A DNA stretch of 64,000 bases from Thermodesulfobacteriota bacterium (GTDB lineage Bacteria > Desulfobacterota > Binatia > Bin18), in assembly GCA_964291405.2 (NCBI GenBank), contig OZ219926.1, positions 896,001 to 960,000 on the forward strand, given 5' to 3'. Both the position numbers and the translations under genes were made by a program. This document shows, piece by piece, positions 17,404 through 28,290 of the stretch (positions within the stretch are counted from its first letter, which is position 1; every line of letters begins with the position of its first letter). Below the pieces are notes generated by a model. That model was not told the DNA's origin. It was given only the letters and a program-made list of their open reading frames with translations, and searched no databases.

Positions 17404-20025
17404 TTACGCCACCTCAGCCACCGGTGCGGTCGTGAAGGTGAGGGCGTGGTGGTCGTAGTCGACGATCACGTGAGCATTCTCAGCCACCTCGCCGGCGATG
17501 ATTTTCCGGCCAAGATTGGTCTCTATCTCTTTCTGGAGGAGACGCTTGAGCGGCCGCGCCCCGTAGGTCGGGTCATAGCCGGTCTGGGCAAAATATTCCT
17601 TAGCACTTTCCGTCAGTTCGAGCGTGATTTGCCGCTCGGCCAGCCGCTCCCGCAAGTGTCCGAGCTGAATCTCGACGATCTGTTTGAGGTGGTCTCGGCT
17701 CAGACTGTGGAAGACCACGATCTCGTCAACCCGATTCAGAAATTCCGGCCGGAATTCGTTTCGCAGGGCATCCAGCACATCCCCCTTCATGCGCTCATAC
17801 GCCTCGGCGTCATCACCGCCCCGATAGCCCAGGATCAACTGGCTGCCGACGTTCGAGGTCATAATGATAACAGTGTTCTTAAAGTCAACCGTCCGTCCGT
17901 GCCCATCGGTTAACCGTCCGTCGTCCAAAATCTGGAGTAAGGCATTGAAGACGTCGGGATGGGCTTTTTCGATCTCATCAAACAGAATGACGGAATAGGG
18001 TTTCCGCCGGACCGCTTCGGTCAGTTGCCCGCCTTCGTCATAGCCCACATACCCCGGAGGCGCACCAATGAGACGCGCAACCGTATGCTTCTCCATATAT
18101 TCCGACATATCGAGCCGGACCATATTCGTCTCATCGTCAAACAAAAACTCGGCCAGCGCACGGGCCAGTTCGGTTTTTCCCACGCCGGTCGGTCCCAGAA
18201 AGATGAACGACCCAATCGGTCGGTGCGGGTCCTTGAGTCCCGAGCGGGCCCGAATCACCGCGTCGGCCACCGCCTGGACGGCCTCTTCCTGACCGATCAG
18301 CCGGTGATGTAACAGCTCGCCGAGCTGCAATAATTTTTCCCGTTCGCCTTCGAGCAGCTTTGCAACGGGAATGCTCGTCCAGCGCGAGATAATGGCGGCG
18401 ATATCGTCTTCGTCAACCTCCTCCTTGAGGAGGCGACTCGGACCCTGTTCGCTCTGGAGCTTGGCTTCCCCATCCGCCAAGTCGCGCTCAAGCTGGGCCA
18501 ACTTGCCGTATTTCAGTTCGGCGACCCGGTTGAGGTCGTAGTCGCGCTCGGCCTTTTCAATGGCGCGCCGGGTCTGCTCAATTTCCTCTTTGAGACTGCG
18601 GAGCTGACCAATGCTGTTCTTCTCCATCTCCCACCGGGCGGTGAGCGCCCCGGCCTCAGCCTGGCAATCCGCCAGGTCCTTTTCCAGCTTCTCCAGCCGG
18701 AGCCGCGAGGCCTGGTCGGTCTCCTTGCGCAGGGCCTCGCGCTCAATTTCAAGCTGCAAGACCCGCCTGGACACCTCGTCCAGTTCGGTCGGCATGGAGT
18801 CGATTTCGGTGCGGAGCCGGGCCGCGGCTTCGTCCATCAGATCGATGGCCTTATCCGGCAGGAAGCGATCACTGATGTAGCGGTGCGACAAGACCGCCGC
18901 GGTCACCAGCGCCGCGTCCTTGATGCGAACCCCGTGGTGGATTTCGTAGCGTTCGCGCAGTCCCCGCAGAATGGAGATCGTGTCTTCCACGGACGGCTGG
19001 TCAACCGTGACCGGCTGAAAGCGCCGCTCCAGCGCCCGGTCCTTTTCCACATATTGACGATACTCGTCCAGCGTGGTCGCCCCGATGCAGTGCAGCTCGC
19101 CACGGGCCAGCATCGGTTTCAGCAGATTGGACGCGTCCATGGCGCCCTCCGACGCTCCCGCGCCGACCACCGTATGCAACTCGTCTATAAACAGAATAAC
19201 CTCGCCCTCGGACTCCTGGACCTCTTTGAGTACGGCTTTGAGCCGCTCCTCAAACTCACCCCGAAATTTTGCACCGGCAACCAGCGCGCCCATATCCAGG
19301 ACGATCACGCGGCGATTCTTCAGACTTTCCGGCACATCGCCGCTGACAATGCGCTGCGCCAGCCCTTCCACAATGGCGGTCTTGCCAACACCCGGGTCAC
19401 CGATCAGCACCGGATTGTTCTTGGTGCGGCGAGAGAGCACCTGCACGATCCGGCGAATTTCATCATCCCGGCCAATAACCGGGTCGAGCTTGCCCAAGCT
19501 GGCCGCCCGCGTCAGGTCCCGGCCATAACGTTCCAGGGCCTGGTAGGTGCCCTCCGGATTTTGATTGGTCACACGCTGGTGGCCGCGCACTTTCTGGAGC
19601 GCCGCAAGCAGACGCTCTCGACTCAGGCCGTGGTCGCGCAGCAAACGACCCGTCGCGCCCTCGTCTTCCAGCATGGCCAGCAGCAGATGCTCAACGCTGA
19701 CGTAGTCGTCTTTCAGTTCCTTGGCTTCATCGTCAGCGCGGGTGAGCAACTGGGACAGGCGCTGGGTGACGTAGACGTGGTCCGGGCCACTGGCCGGACC
19801 GGAAACCTGCGGAACGCGATTCAGAAACTTTTCAAGCTCAGCGGTCAGCGCATCAAGGGGCACCCCGGCCTGGTTGATAAGAGCCGGAACGATTCCGTCG
19901 GGAGATTCCGTTAATGCGGCCAACACATGCTCAACATCAACTCCCTGGTGATTTCGTCGGGTTGCCAGCGCCTGGGCCTGGCGTAGAGCTTCTTGCGATT
20001 TTTCAGTCAAGCGATTGAGATCCAC
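17404..20025 (-). CDS. clpB: ATP-dependent chaperone ClpB
   Basis: Clp N-domain, two Walker A motifs ([16 protein letters not shown]) and a long coiled-coil M-domain. Confidence 0.98.
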   Translation of the reverse strand: MDLNRLTEKSQEALRQAQALATRRNHQGVDVEHVLAALTESPDGIVPALINQAGVPLDALTAELEKFLNRVPQVSGPASGPDHVYVTQRLSQLLTRADDEAKELKDDYVSVEHLLLAMLEDEGATGRLLRDHGLSRERLLAALQKVRGHQRVTNQNPEGTYQALERYGRDLTRAASLGKLDPVIGRDDEIRRIVQVLSRRTKNNPVLIGDPGVGKTAIVEGLAQRIVSGDVPESLKNRRVIVLDMGALVAGAKFRGEFEERLKAVLKEVQESEGEVILFIDELHTVVGAGASEGAMDASNLLKPMLARGELHCIGATTLDEYRQYVEKDRALERRFQPVTVDQPSVEDTISILRGLRERYEIHHGVRIKDAALVTAAVLSHRYISDRFLPDKAIDLMDEAAARLRTEIDSMPTELDEVSRRVLQLEIEREALRKETDQASRLRLEKLEKDLADCQAEAGALTARWEMEKNSIGQLRSLKEEIEQTRRAIEKAERDYDLNRVAELKYGKLAQLERDLADGEAKLQSEQGPSRLLKEEVDEDDIAAIISRWTSIPVAKLLEGEREKLLQLGELLHHRLIGQEEAVQAVADAVIRARSGLKDPHRPIGSFIFLGPTGVGKTELARALAEFLFDDETNMVRLDMSEYMEKHTVARLIGAPPGYVGYDEGGQLTEAVRRKPYSVILFDEIEKAHPDVFNALLQILDDGRLTDGHGRTVDFKNTVIIMTSNVGSQLILGYRGGDDAEAYERMKGDVLDALRNEFRPEFLNRVDEIVVFHSLSRDHLKQIVEIQLGHLRERLAERQITLELTESAKEYFAQTGYDPTYGARPLKRLLQKEIETNLGRKIIAGEVAENAHVIVDYDHHALTFTTAPVAEVA

Positions 20026-20094
20026 GTAGCCCTCCTTCCTCCCGGCCGTTCGGGCTCGGTCGTTTTTAACTGGCTGTGACTCTTGACTGTAAAA

Positions 20095-20122
20095 AAGGTA
20101 AGGCTGATTTGGGGCGTGTCAA
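20095..20122 (-). promoter_or_regulatory. putative sigma70 promoter for clpB
   Basis: Minus strand TTGACA-16 bp-TACCTT. Confidence 0.45.
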
Positions 20123-20130
20123 GGAGAAAA

Positions 20131-20210
20131 GGAGTGCGGGCTTCCAGCCCGCATGGCGGCCAGGATGGCCGCCCTCCCAGGAGAGGAGGCCGCAGGACCG
20201 GGGTGAGGGA
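20131..20210. repeat. REP-like palindrome (GCGGGCTTCCAGCCCGC / GCGGCCAGGATGGCCGC)
   Basis: Reverse complement of the core found in MITE copies 2 and 3, here without MITE ends. Confidence 0.85.
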
Positions 20211-20256
20211 GAAATACAAGCTGGGACACGGCCCGGACGGCGTATGCCCGGCGCGT

Positions 20257-21645
20257 TTACCCGACGGCTCTTTCTTTTCGATCCATCAGATCCACGACCT
20301 TGGGCGACTGTGTCTCCGCCACCCAGCTCGTCATACGCTGCACGGCTTCGATCATATCGCCACACCAGCGCTCGATAAAATCGGCCGGGAGATCGTGGTC
20401 GAGCGGGATTGCCTCACTCGCGGTGAGAGCCCGCGCCCCGTCAAAGCCGACATAGGCAATCCGGGCGGTGAGTTCCTCCCGCGGGCGCTGAAATGCCGAC
20501 CCGGGCAGGACGGCAACACCCGTATCGCGCAGGAGCGCCTCACACAAAGAGTCACTATCCATGACACCACGCTGCGCCAGCCGCTCGGCAAAAGGTGAAA
20601 AATCCGGGAAGAGATAAAAAGCGCCAACCGGCGCATGCACCCGGACACCGGCCGCCTGAAGAATCTGCGTACAGCGTTGGCCCAGGTCCGACAGAATGCG
20701 ACGGACGTGCGAGAGATAGCGTTCGATCCCGATGCTGGCCTGAAACGCCCTGGTGGCCGCATATTGAATCGGGGAGCTGACCGACGTATAGGTCTCGCTG
20801 GCCACGGCCGCCATCGCTTCCATCAGCCAGAGCAAGTCCGGCGGAAAGGTAAACGTCCCGAGTCGCCAGCCGCCGGCGCCACACCATTTGGACAGCCCGG
20901 AACTGATGATTGTTCCTTCCGGATAGAAGCGGGCGACAGACACGTGCGCTCCCTGGTGATGGAGTTGACCATAAATTTCATCCGACAGCAGAATCACCCC
21001 GAACCGCCGCGCGACCGCGGCCAACTCTTCGAGTTCGTGCGCCGTATAGCTGCCCCCCTCAGGGTTGCCAGGATAATTCAACACCAGAATACGCGGCCGG
21101 TCCGGATCGGCTTTGCAGATGGCTTCCAGGCGCTGGGGGGAGACGCGCCAGTTCTCTTCGAATGTCGTCGGGATCAGATTGACGGTGCGACCAATGATGC
21201 GAGCCTGCGGGATATAGGACACCCAGGCTGGAGACGGCACGAGCAATTCGCCGTAAAAGGTCAGCTGCAAGAGGAACAGGAGTTCCTTTGAGCCGGGCCC
21301 GACCAGGACGCCCTCGGGGCGGGCCTGCACGCGGTCTTTCTGGCGATGAAACTCCGCCACGGCTTCCCGCAGGGCGGGCAGACCGGCGACGGGCAGGTAA
21401 TCGTCTTCGTGGGCGTGCAGCCGGAGCGCGTTCACCACCTCAGACGGAATGGGAAACGGCGATTGACCCAGCCCGAGTTTATAGACGCGGCGCCCTTCGC
21501 GGCGGAGCACGTTGCTCCGCTCGTTGATCGCTAAGGTTGCGGACTGTCCAAGCCCTCTCACGTTGAGATTGAGGCTGCCACATCGGTGATGACCCTGAGT
21601 CTCCACTGCATCCACCTCCCCCACCATCCCCCGGCGTTGTCTCAC
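20257..21645 (-). CDS. PLP-dependent aminotransferase class I/II
   Basis: LGLGQSP, NYPGNPEG, SDEIY, SGLSKWCGAGGWRLG (PLP lysine). Start uncertain. Confidence 0.93.
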   Translation of the reverse strand: MRQRRGMVGEVDAVETQGHHRCGSLNLNVRGLGQSATLAINERSNVLRREGRRVYKLGLGQSPFPIPSEVVNALRLHAHEDDYLPVAGLPALREAVAEFHRQKDRVQARPEGVLVGPGSKELLFLLQLTFYGELLVPSPAWVSYIPQARIIGRTVNLIPTTFEENWRVSPQRLEAICKADPDRPRILVLNYPGNPEGGSYTAHELEELAAVARRFGVILLSDEIYGQLHHQGAHVSVARFYPEGTIISSGLSKWCGAGGWRLGTFTFPPDLLWLMEAMAAVASETYTSVSSPIQYAATRAFQASIGIERYLSHVRRILSDLGQRCTQILQAAGVRVHAPVGAFYLFPDFSPFAERLAQRGVMDSDSLCEALLRDTGVAVLPGSAFQRPREELTARIAYVGFDGARALTASEAIPLDHDLPADFIERWCGDMIEAVQRMTSWVAETQSPKVVDLMDRKERAVG

Positions 21646-21893
21646 GGTCGATGCGCCTTGCGTGCGCTCCTACCAGAATACCGTATGTCTGGGAGAGATA
21701 CAAATATGAGCGAATTTTGGTAGTGGCTGATGTATTATACGGTGGGCTTGTTCGACTTCCGCCTTCGTAGCAAGGTGGGATCGTGCACCTCGAATTTCAA
21801 CCGGTAATTCCCTGACATCGGTCATGTCACTGCGAAGGCTGTTCAACTCGGTGGTGACGATGTTTCGGAAATATTGTTAGGTACTCAAACCCG

Positions 21894-22409
21894 ATGCGGA
21901 CCTATTTCGAGTTTACCAGCGCCACCCCCGTGCTCGTCACGACCCTCATCATCACGGTGACGCTGCTCGGCTGGGTGTTTCCCGCCGTGCCCATTGATGG
22001 CGAGTCCTTGGACGTCAAACCCGGCTATACCTACGAGGAAGCCCTGTCGGCCCTCGAAGGCTATGGCGCAGAAGGCCGCTGGGTGTATGCCTGGGCCAGC
22101 CTGACGCTCGATACGGTGCTGCCCATAGTCTATGTGAGTTTCTTCGCGGGCCTCGTGTATCGACTCCGACCGAAAGCATCCCTGTGGTGGCTGGCGTACC
22201 TGCCGGTCGCGGTCGGCGTGGTTGATGTGGGCGAAAATATCCAAATCGTGCTTATGCTCATGCAGTATCCCGACATCTCCGCCGCACAGGTCGCGAGCGC
22301 CTCATTCTTCACGCTGTCAAAACACGCCGGGTTCATCCTGTGCGTGGCGCTCGCTGTCATCCTGATGGCGAACACGATACGCGAGCGTCTGTACCAGGAC
22401 CGGGGATAG
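21894..22409 (+). CDS. hypothetical membrane protein
   Basis: Four hydrophobic segments; LD.x.P..Y and D..EN motifs. Confidence 0.7.
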   Translation: MRTYFEFTSATPVLVTTLIITVTLLGWVFPAVPIDGESLDVKPGYTYEEALSALEGYGAEGRWVYAWASLTLDTVLPIVYVSFFAGLVYRLRPKASLWWLAYLPVAVGVVDVGENIQIVLMLMQYPDISAAQVASASFFTLSKHAGFILCVALAVILMANTIRERLYQDRG

Positions 22410-22552
22410 AACGCCTCTTACAGCGCACAGCCTAAGCCCCAAACCCCGCCAAAACTCCGCGAAAGTCGGCCAGGAAAGGGGAAACTCGGCCAGTACCCGA
22501 ATTTCGGCCGGGAATCGGAACAAAACGTAGCGATGAGGAAACGCTGAACCCA

Positions 22553-25500
22553 TCAATATTTCTTCTGCCATAAAATATGGGCCTCGCTGGCCCCCCCCGA
22601 ACTGGAGGACGTATCGATCTGCCAGTGCGGGCTGAGCTGATATTCCAGAGAGACTTTCCGCTCACCCTTCTTCGTCAGGTCATGAGCGACGGATACCTGT
22701 AACCCCTTGGGCAAAGAGAAACCAAAGCCGACCGTCCCGCCGGCGATATCCAGATTCGAGAGTTTGAGGCCGGCCCCAAGCCTCTCCAGCCCAAGCGCTT
22801 GCGAGACCGACTCCCCGATCTTGGTCGCGGCGTAACCGCTCGTGATCGCCAACGCCTGTTTCTCAAGGTCAAGCTTTTCGCCTTGATCCAGCGCGCTGGC
22901 CGGCTTCCCAAACAGGAGAACGGCCAGGATATCGGCATGCTCCAATTCCGGCTGGCTGCGTAAGACGAGGCTGGGTTCGTCTGCGGTTCCCCGGACCACG
23001 GCTTCAACGGCATGGTCAGGTGCCTGGTATTGCGCCACAATGTCCAGACTCGGGTTGATCTTTCTCCCCCCGGTAAACTGGACTTTACCCCCGTCCAGGG
23101 TGAAACGCCGCCCCTGGAAACCCGCCCAGCCTTGAACGACTTTGATATCCCCGACCAGGCGGGGCTCCGCCCCACGTTCTTTCGTCACCGTGACCATACC
23201 AGTCAGATCAACTGCGGCGCTCGCGTGTTCGATCCGGGTATTTCGGTGGACTCGGACAGTCAGATCCATGGTCGCATGACGGGCGGCCCTGCCCTCGGCC
23301 CTTTGTTCTCTGACTGCGGCGTGCTCGGCCACAGAGCGAGCGGTCTCACCGACCGGGATAATGCGAATGGTTTCGTCCCGATTGACCGGCCTGCTATCGA
23401 GAAAGGCCAGGTCCGGGCGCAGGGTGGCCCGCAGAACTTCCACCGTACCGCTCAGATGTGGTGCAGCGAGGGCTCCGGATATGTTGACGGCCGCACCGAC
23501 ATCAGCCTGATACTGCCTGGTATGAATAGCCGGCCATTGGTGAGCGGTCAGGGTCACATCGATGCCCTCTGGCGTGTAGTTGCGTAAGCTGATTTCTCCC
23601 TGGCCTGTCAGCCTGCCTTTTCCGGAGACAGCAGAGATTTCCTCAATGCGAATCGCCTCAGGGTGAGCGGCCAGCGTCAGCGTTGCATCGGAGATCGTCG
23701 TTCCGAGTGGAGCGACCGTCACCTGACCATTGCGGAGCGTGATTGTTCCTTGCGGGAACAGGTCCGTCAGCGGTCCACGTAGGGCCATATCAACATGCAG
23801 TTCCCCAGCAATATCGCTGGCCTCTTTGCCACTCAGAGCGTTCAGAAAATCCAGGTTTAATCCGCTGGAGCGCGCACGGGCGTCGAGGTCCCCCAGGATT
23901 CCGGCTGTGAGCCCATCGTACCAATGCAGGGCAAGCGGCAGCGTCCCGGAGACCTGCAAGGCATGCTGCTCATCCTGCGCAAAGGTCAGGTCGAGCGCGG
24001 CCTGCCTGTCCCGATAGGTAAACGAAGACGACAGCCCTTGATATGGCTGTTCAACGATGCGTAACGGATCGATCGCCAGGTTTCCCTCGATAATCGGGGT
24101 CTCAGCAGTCCCGGAGAGCCGAATATGCGTAGACAGCGCGCCGGCAACGGTCGGCATATCCGGTACGAGCGGGCGCAGCTCGGCTACGGCAAACTCCTCG
24201 ACCCATACCTGAAAATCCTGCGCGCCGTGCGTTGAGGCGTGCCCGTCCAAGGCAATACGTTGATCCCCGTTCCTCAGTTGCAGGGCCTCGACCGCTATGG
24301 CCCCAGGCTGCTGTGTAACCGTAGCAGGTTCTCCCAATTCCCAGACGCCGCCGGGCAGTGTCAGTGCAAGCGCGCTCACGGACGCGCTCAACCGGTCGGG
24401 CTGCCGGACAATCTGCGTATCCAGATAATGGTTCCGAGACGTACTATCCGTCGCGTGAACCGTCAGCTGTCCCCCAAGAGCCTCTGTATGCGTCAACTTC
24501 AGTTGGACAGCAACAGATTGCAGTTCAACTCCGGCATGCAGTCCGGACAGTTCAACCGTTATCCTTCCCGTCGGCCACAGTTCGCCTCCGGTCAGATGAT
24601 ACTCGATCCTTCCTTGGGTGAGCGTCCCCCCTTGCAGCGCAACAGAGCGTGTCTGCCCGGTGCCAGAGGCGGCGAGTTTGGTCAGATTGCCCTCAGCTTC
24701 ACCCATCAGCGTGAGCTGACCGGTCCCCTTTTGGCCGGCCAGAGCCAGCCATGGGGCCAAGTCGGAGACGTTGAGCTGATACGACAGTTTCCCCATCTCC
24801 GCTAACGTCGTCCCCAGTTCCCCCCGCATCGCCAGACTGGCATTCCAGGCTTTGAGATGAACATCAGCAATATCCACCCTGCCATCGGCCACCGAGGCAT
24901 CAAGACGTCCACTCCGTATCGATATTGGGCCAAGACGCGAAGGAGCGAGCGTAAACAAGGCCCGGACATCCATGCCGGACGGGTCTGTCCCTCTGCCCCG
25001 CACCGTACCGGACAGGTTGAGGTCGCTCGTCATGACCGGGTGGGGATCGGCTTTTCCCCGCGTTCCGTTTCCTGCTCCCACACCCGGAACCATTTTTTGC
25101 AAGTCAAGGTGGTCAACCGCAAGCGTGAACGTGTACGCAAGCTCGTCCGCAAGCCGGATTTCAGCCTTCCAGTCTGCCCGACCCGACCTTGCGGCAATCG
25201 TCCCTGCGATCTCGCCTACTTGCTGCTTGACGCTACCGGTCAGCCCCACTTCGCCGACCCGCCACTCCCCAATACGAAAGTCCCGACCTTGAGCCACAGC
25301 ATTGCCGGTCAGGCCGACCAGGCCGGTCCCCCGCCCCGCCAATTCCAGGTTCCCCTCAAAGATACCGCCCAGGGCTTCGCTGCCTCGCAGCTTTGTGAGG
25401 TCAAAGCGGGAGAAAGCCACCGTGCCGGCGTACGCAGGTTCGCTCTGACTCAGGTCGGTCCACACCTGCCCCTTGAGTTCCGCGTCCGCGACTGCCAGCC

Positions 25501-26425
25501 GGATATCGGTGTGCAGGTCGGCGAGTTCGCCCGCAACGCGGACTTCTCCAGATACCGCCTCGTGGACCGGCCAGCCGGGAACAAGCGCAGCCAGGTCAGC
25601 CGCAGCCAGCTTTTGAATGGAAAGTGTTCCGTCCAGTGTCAACGTGTCCAGGTCCGCGACCTGACCGGTAAACCGCATCCGGGACTGCGCGGAAGTGAGA
25701 TCAATATGAGGGATGTCAATGGAGAGATGTTCCAGGTCTCCGTGGACTGCCGCCGAAGCGGCGAGGCTCAGCCGTGGGGCCGGAGCCGCGGCAATACTGG
25801 TCGTCAATCTATTGCATACGACATGCAATTGATCGCCCTCTAGTGCAGCCCTGGCCTCAAGGGTCATCTCGTGCAAACGATACGGAGCACGGTCGGCAGG
25901 AGCGACCTCGACCGCCCCGTTGTGGATAGTGGCGGCACCGAGAACAAGACCCAGACCGATTCCCGGCGAGGGGTTTGCACCCCGGTCTGTGTTCGGCACG
26001 AGGGCTTGAACCAGATCCCAATTGCCCGCCTCGTCTTGGGCCAGTCGAACGACAGGCTCATACACGTCAACCTGCGTCAGGCTCACCTGACCGTTGAGCA
26101 GCGGACGGAGCGCATACCGGACGGTCAACCGAGGAATATGCACGACATCCTTTTTGTCATACCGAACGATCAAATCGGTGAGTTGCAGACCCCGCCACAC
26201 CGACCCGCCCAGACCGCCCAAGCTGACCTCTCCGGGCAGGGCGGTGTTCAGGGTCGAGACGATATGGCCGTGCAGGAATTTCTGGAACTGCGCAGTCCGC
26301 AGGAAAAGGAGCGCCCCAATAACGAAAACAGCGCCCAGGCCTCCGACAATCAGCAACGTCCGCCACACGTACCGCACCCGTTCCCCCCTTAAAACGATTG
26401 TCCGATGCCAAAATGAACGCGCCAC
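22553..26425 (-). CDS. tamB: translocation/assembly module TamB-like protein
   Basis: 1290 aa, N-terminal anchor, AsmA-like beta-rich body, C-terminal DUF490-like region; overlaps the Omp85 gene. Confidence 0.85.
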   Translation of the reverse strand: MARSFWHRTIVLRGERVRYVWRTLLIVGGLGAVFVIGALLFLRTAQFQKFLHGHIVSTLNTALPGEVSLGGLGGSVWRGLQLTDLIVRYDKKDVVHIPRLTVRYALRPLLNGQVSLTQVDVYEPVVRLAQDEAGNWDLVQALVPNTDRGANPSPGIGLGLVLGAATIHNGAVEVAPADRAPYRLHEMTLEARAALEGDQLHVVCNRLTTSIAAAPAPRLSLAASAAVHGDLEHLSIDIPHIDLTSAQSRMRFTGQVADLDTLTLDGTLSIQKLAAADLAALVPGWPVHEAVSGEVRVAGELADLHTDIRLAVADAELKGQVWTDLSQSEPAYAGTVAFSRFDLTKLRGSEALGGIFEGNLELAGRGTGLVGLTGNAVAQGRDFRIGEWRVGEVGLTGSVKQQVGEIAGTIAARSGRADWKAEIRLADELAYTFTLAVDHLDLQKMVPGVGAGNGTRGKADPHPVMTSDLNLSGTVRGRGTDPSGMDVRALFTLAPSRLGPISIRSGRLDASVADGRVDIADVHLKAWNASLAMRGELGTTLAEMGKLSYQLNVSDLAPWLALAGQKGTGQLTLMGEAEGNLTKLAASGTGQTRSVALQGGTLTQGRIEYHLTGGELWPTGRITVELSGLHAGVELQSVAVQLKLTHTEALGGQLTVHATDSTSRNHYLDTQIVRQPDRLSASVSALALTLPGGVWELGEPATVTQQPGAIAVEALQLRNGDQRIALDGHASTHGAQDFQVWVEEFAVAELRPLVPDMPTVAGALSTHIRLSGTAETPIIEGNLAIDPLRIVEQPYQGLSSSFTYRDRQAALDLTFAQDEQHALQVSGTLPLALHWYDGLTAGILGDLDARARSSGLNLDFLNALSGKEASDIAGELHVDMALRGPLTDLFPQGTITLRNGQVTVAPLGTTISDATLTLAAHPEAIRIEEISAVSGKGRLTGQGEISLRNYTPEGIDVTLTAHQWPAIHTRQYQADVGAAVNISGALAAPHLSGTVEVLRATLRPDLAFLDSRPVNRDETIRIIPVGETARSVAEHAAVREQRAEGRAARHATMDLTVRVHRNTRIEHASAAVDLTGMVTVTKERGAEPRLVGDIKVVQGWAGFQGRRFTLDGGKVQFTGGRKINPSLDIVAQYQAPDHAVEAVVRGTADEPSLVLRSQPELEHADILAVLLFGKPASALDQGEKLDLEKQALAITSGYAATKIGESVSQALGLERLGAGLKLSNLDIAGGTVGFGFSLPKGLQVSVAHDLTKKGERKVSLEYQLSPHWQIDTSSSSGGASEAHILWQKKY

Positions 26426-28257
26426 GGCTCATCATCGTCCGCAGGATCAATGGGGAAACCCACATCGAACCGCAACGGCCCGATACGCGTGGCGTAGCTC
26501 AGCCCAAAGCCGGGCGCAAATTGAAGATCATCAACCGGAATATCGTAGCTCTCAAGCGAGAGCTGACCAAAATCGAGGAAGACCGCCCCGGCCAGTTCAC
26601 GCCATAACGGCCGGCGCAGTTCGACCGACCCTTCGATCGCGCTGAGTCCTCCGAGCGGGTCGTCCGCATCGTTCAGGGCACCAAGTTTACGTCGGCCATA
26701 GCCTCGCACCCCTCCATCGCCGCCGGCATAAAAACGCTCCGACAGGGGAATGTTGCGCGGTGAGCCGAAAAAGTCGCTCAGGCCCATTTTCAGGCGAGTG
26801 GCAAGGACAACCCCCCATCCGAGACGCTGGTAGTGCTTTGCCTCAGCCGTCAGGCTAAAGAACCGATAATCCCCGCCCCAGACCGTCCCGGCTTGATTGG
26901 CAACCACGGACAGCATTCCGCCCTGGGCCGGATTCAGGAGGTCTTCGGTCGTATCCCAGACCAACCCAAGCGTCGGACCGGACAGTACGCCCTCGCGCCG
27001 CAGGCCCTCCAGAGCCCGGATAGTGGAACTGCCGACCTCGTTGAATTTCAGAAACTCGACCCGATAGTCAACAAAACCGGAGACGGTCGGAGAGAAGTGG
27101 CGCTCGATACGCGGACGCAGACGGGAATAATTGAGGAGATAGGTGTCTTCGTCTTCCTGTCCCTGCTTGGCGTCAATGAGCAGCACGGTATCATGGGCCA
27201 GAAAGTAGGGCTGCACGAAGGTGGCTCCAATAGAGCGCTGGATGGCTGACAAACGCAGTTCCGCGGACAGCCGGCGACCGCCCCCCAACCAATTCCGGTG
27301 CTGCCAGGCCGCCAGACCGATAAACTCCTCGTCCGTACTATAGCCGGCCCCAAGCCGAATACTGCGCGGCTCTTTCTCGGCCACACGGATGCGGATAGGA
27401 ACCTGACGCGGTTTCTCGCCCTCCTGCTGGAATTCCATCTGGACCGAGTGAAACAGGTCCAGATTCAGCAGATTCTGGCGCGACCGCTCAATAGCTGCCA
27501 GAGAAAACGGCTCGCCGGACGCATAGGTCAATTCTCTGAGCACGAGGTGCGGATCGACCGTCTGCGTGCCGGCAATATCGGTTGTCCCGAATATGGTCGG
27601 CGGTCCCGGCGAGATGGAGTACGTAACCCGCGCCTGCCGGGTATTCAGGTCAACCTCGGCCTTCCGCTCGATTTCAACCCAGGAATGACCATGCTGAAGA
27701 AAAATCTGGCGGAGGGCCTGATCGGTCTGCACGTAGGCTGACTCAGTGAAGAGTGCCCCGGACTCAAGCGGGAGACGCTCGGGAAGCGCCACACCGGTCC
27801 GGGCTTTTGCTCTGACATCGACGCTCAGCGCTCCAACCGTAACAGGCTCGTTTTCTTGAATCCGCACCGCCAGGGAAACGCTCCCCGTCGCGTCATCGGT
27901 GTACAGGTCATACGTCACCTGAGTCTGATAATAGCCCTGAGTTTCATAATAGTGTCGAACCCGTTCGAGATCTTGTTCAAACGTGACAGGGTCAAAGAGC
28001 GGCTGCTGTTTCCACGGCATATACCAGGGTCGGACTGTGGTTTGCAGCTCAGCCAGCAGGGTTTCGGTATCGAACTGCTCATTGCCGGAAAGCACAATCG
28101 ACTCGACCCGCCATGCACGTTCCGGGTCGAGTTGTTCGAGCGAGCGGGCGAAAACGACCGCCCCTCCCCAGCCCAGCAGCCAGACGAAACACAAAAGGAA
28201 GATGCCGGACACGGACCAGCACCCCTTTTTATCTCGCGGCTTTGTCATATGAGGCAC
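26389..28257 (-). CDS. tamA: Omp85 family outer membrane protein (TamA-like)
   Basis: POTRA-like N-terminus, RFYAGG..GVRGY lid motif, GPLRFD, C-terminal GQSF. Confidence 0.88.
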   Translation of the reverse strand: MPHMTKPRDKKGCWSVSGIFLLCFVWLLGWGGAVVFARSLEQLDPERAWRVESIVLSGNEQFDTETLLAELQTTVRPWYMPWKQQPLFDPVTFEQDLERVRHYYETQGYYQTQVTYDLYTDDATGSVSLAVRIQENEPVTVGALSVDVRAKARTGVALPERLPLESGALFTESAYVQTDQALRQIFLQHGHSWVEIERKAEVDLNTRQARVTYSISPGPPTIFGTTDIAGTQTVDPHLVLRELTYASGEPFSLAAIERSRQNLLNLDLFHSVQMEFQQEGEKPRQVPIRIRVAEKEPRSIRLGAGYSTDEEFIGLAAWQHRNWLGGGRRLSAELRLSAIQRSIGATFVQPYFLAHDTVLLIDAKQGQEDEDTYLLNYSRLRPRIERHFSPTVSGFVDYRVEFLKFNEVGSSTIRALEGLRREGVLSGPTLGLVWDTTEDLLNPAQGGMLSVVANQAGTVWGGDYRFFSLTAEAKHYQRLGWGVVLATRLKMGLSDFFGSPRNIPLSERFYAGGDGGVRGYGRRKLGALNDADDPLGGLSAIEGSVELRRPLWRELAGAVFLDFGQLSLESYDIPVDDLQFAPGFGLSYATRIGPLRFDVGFPIDPADDDEPWRVHFGIGQSF

Positions 28258-28290
28258 CAGAAAACATGAAGAAAAGAACTGTCGGGGTCG

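Noticed and set aside
20065-20100. CIRCE or CtsR operator upstream of clpB
   Set aside because: TTTACAGTCAAGAGTCACAGCCAG matches only half-sites with the wrong spacing.
22440-22520. Three TCGGCC(A/G)G words between convergent genes
   Set aside because: Short, irregularly spaced and expected by chance in GC-rich DNA.
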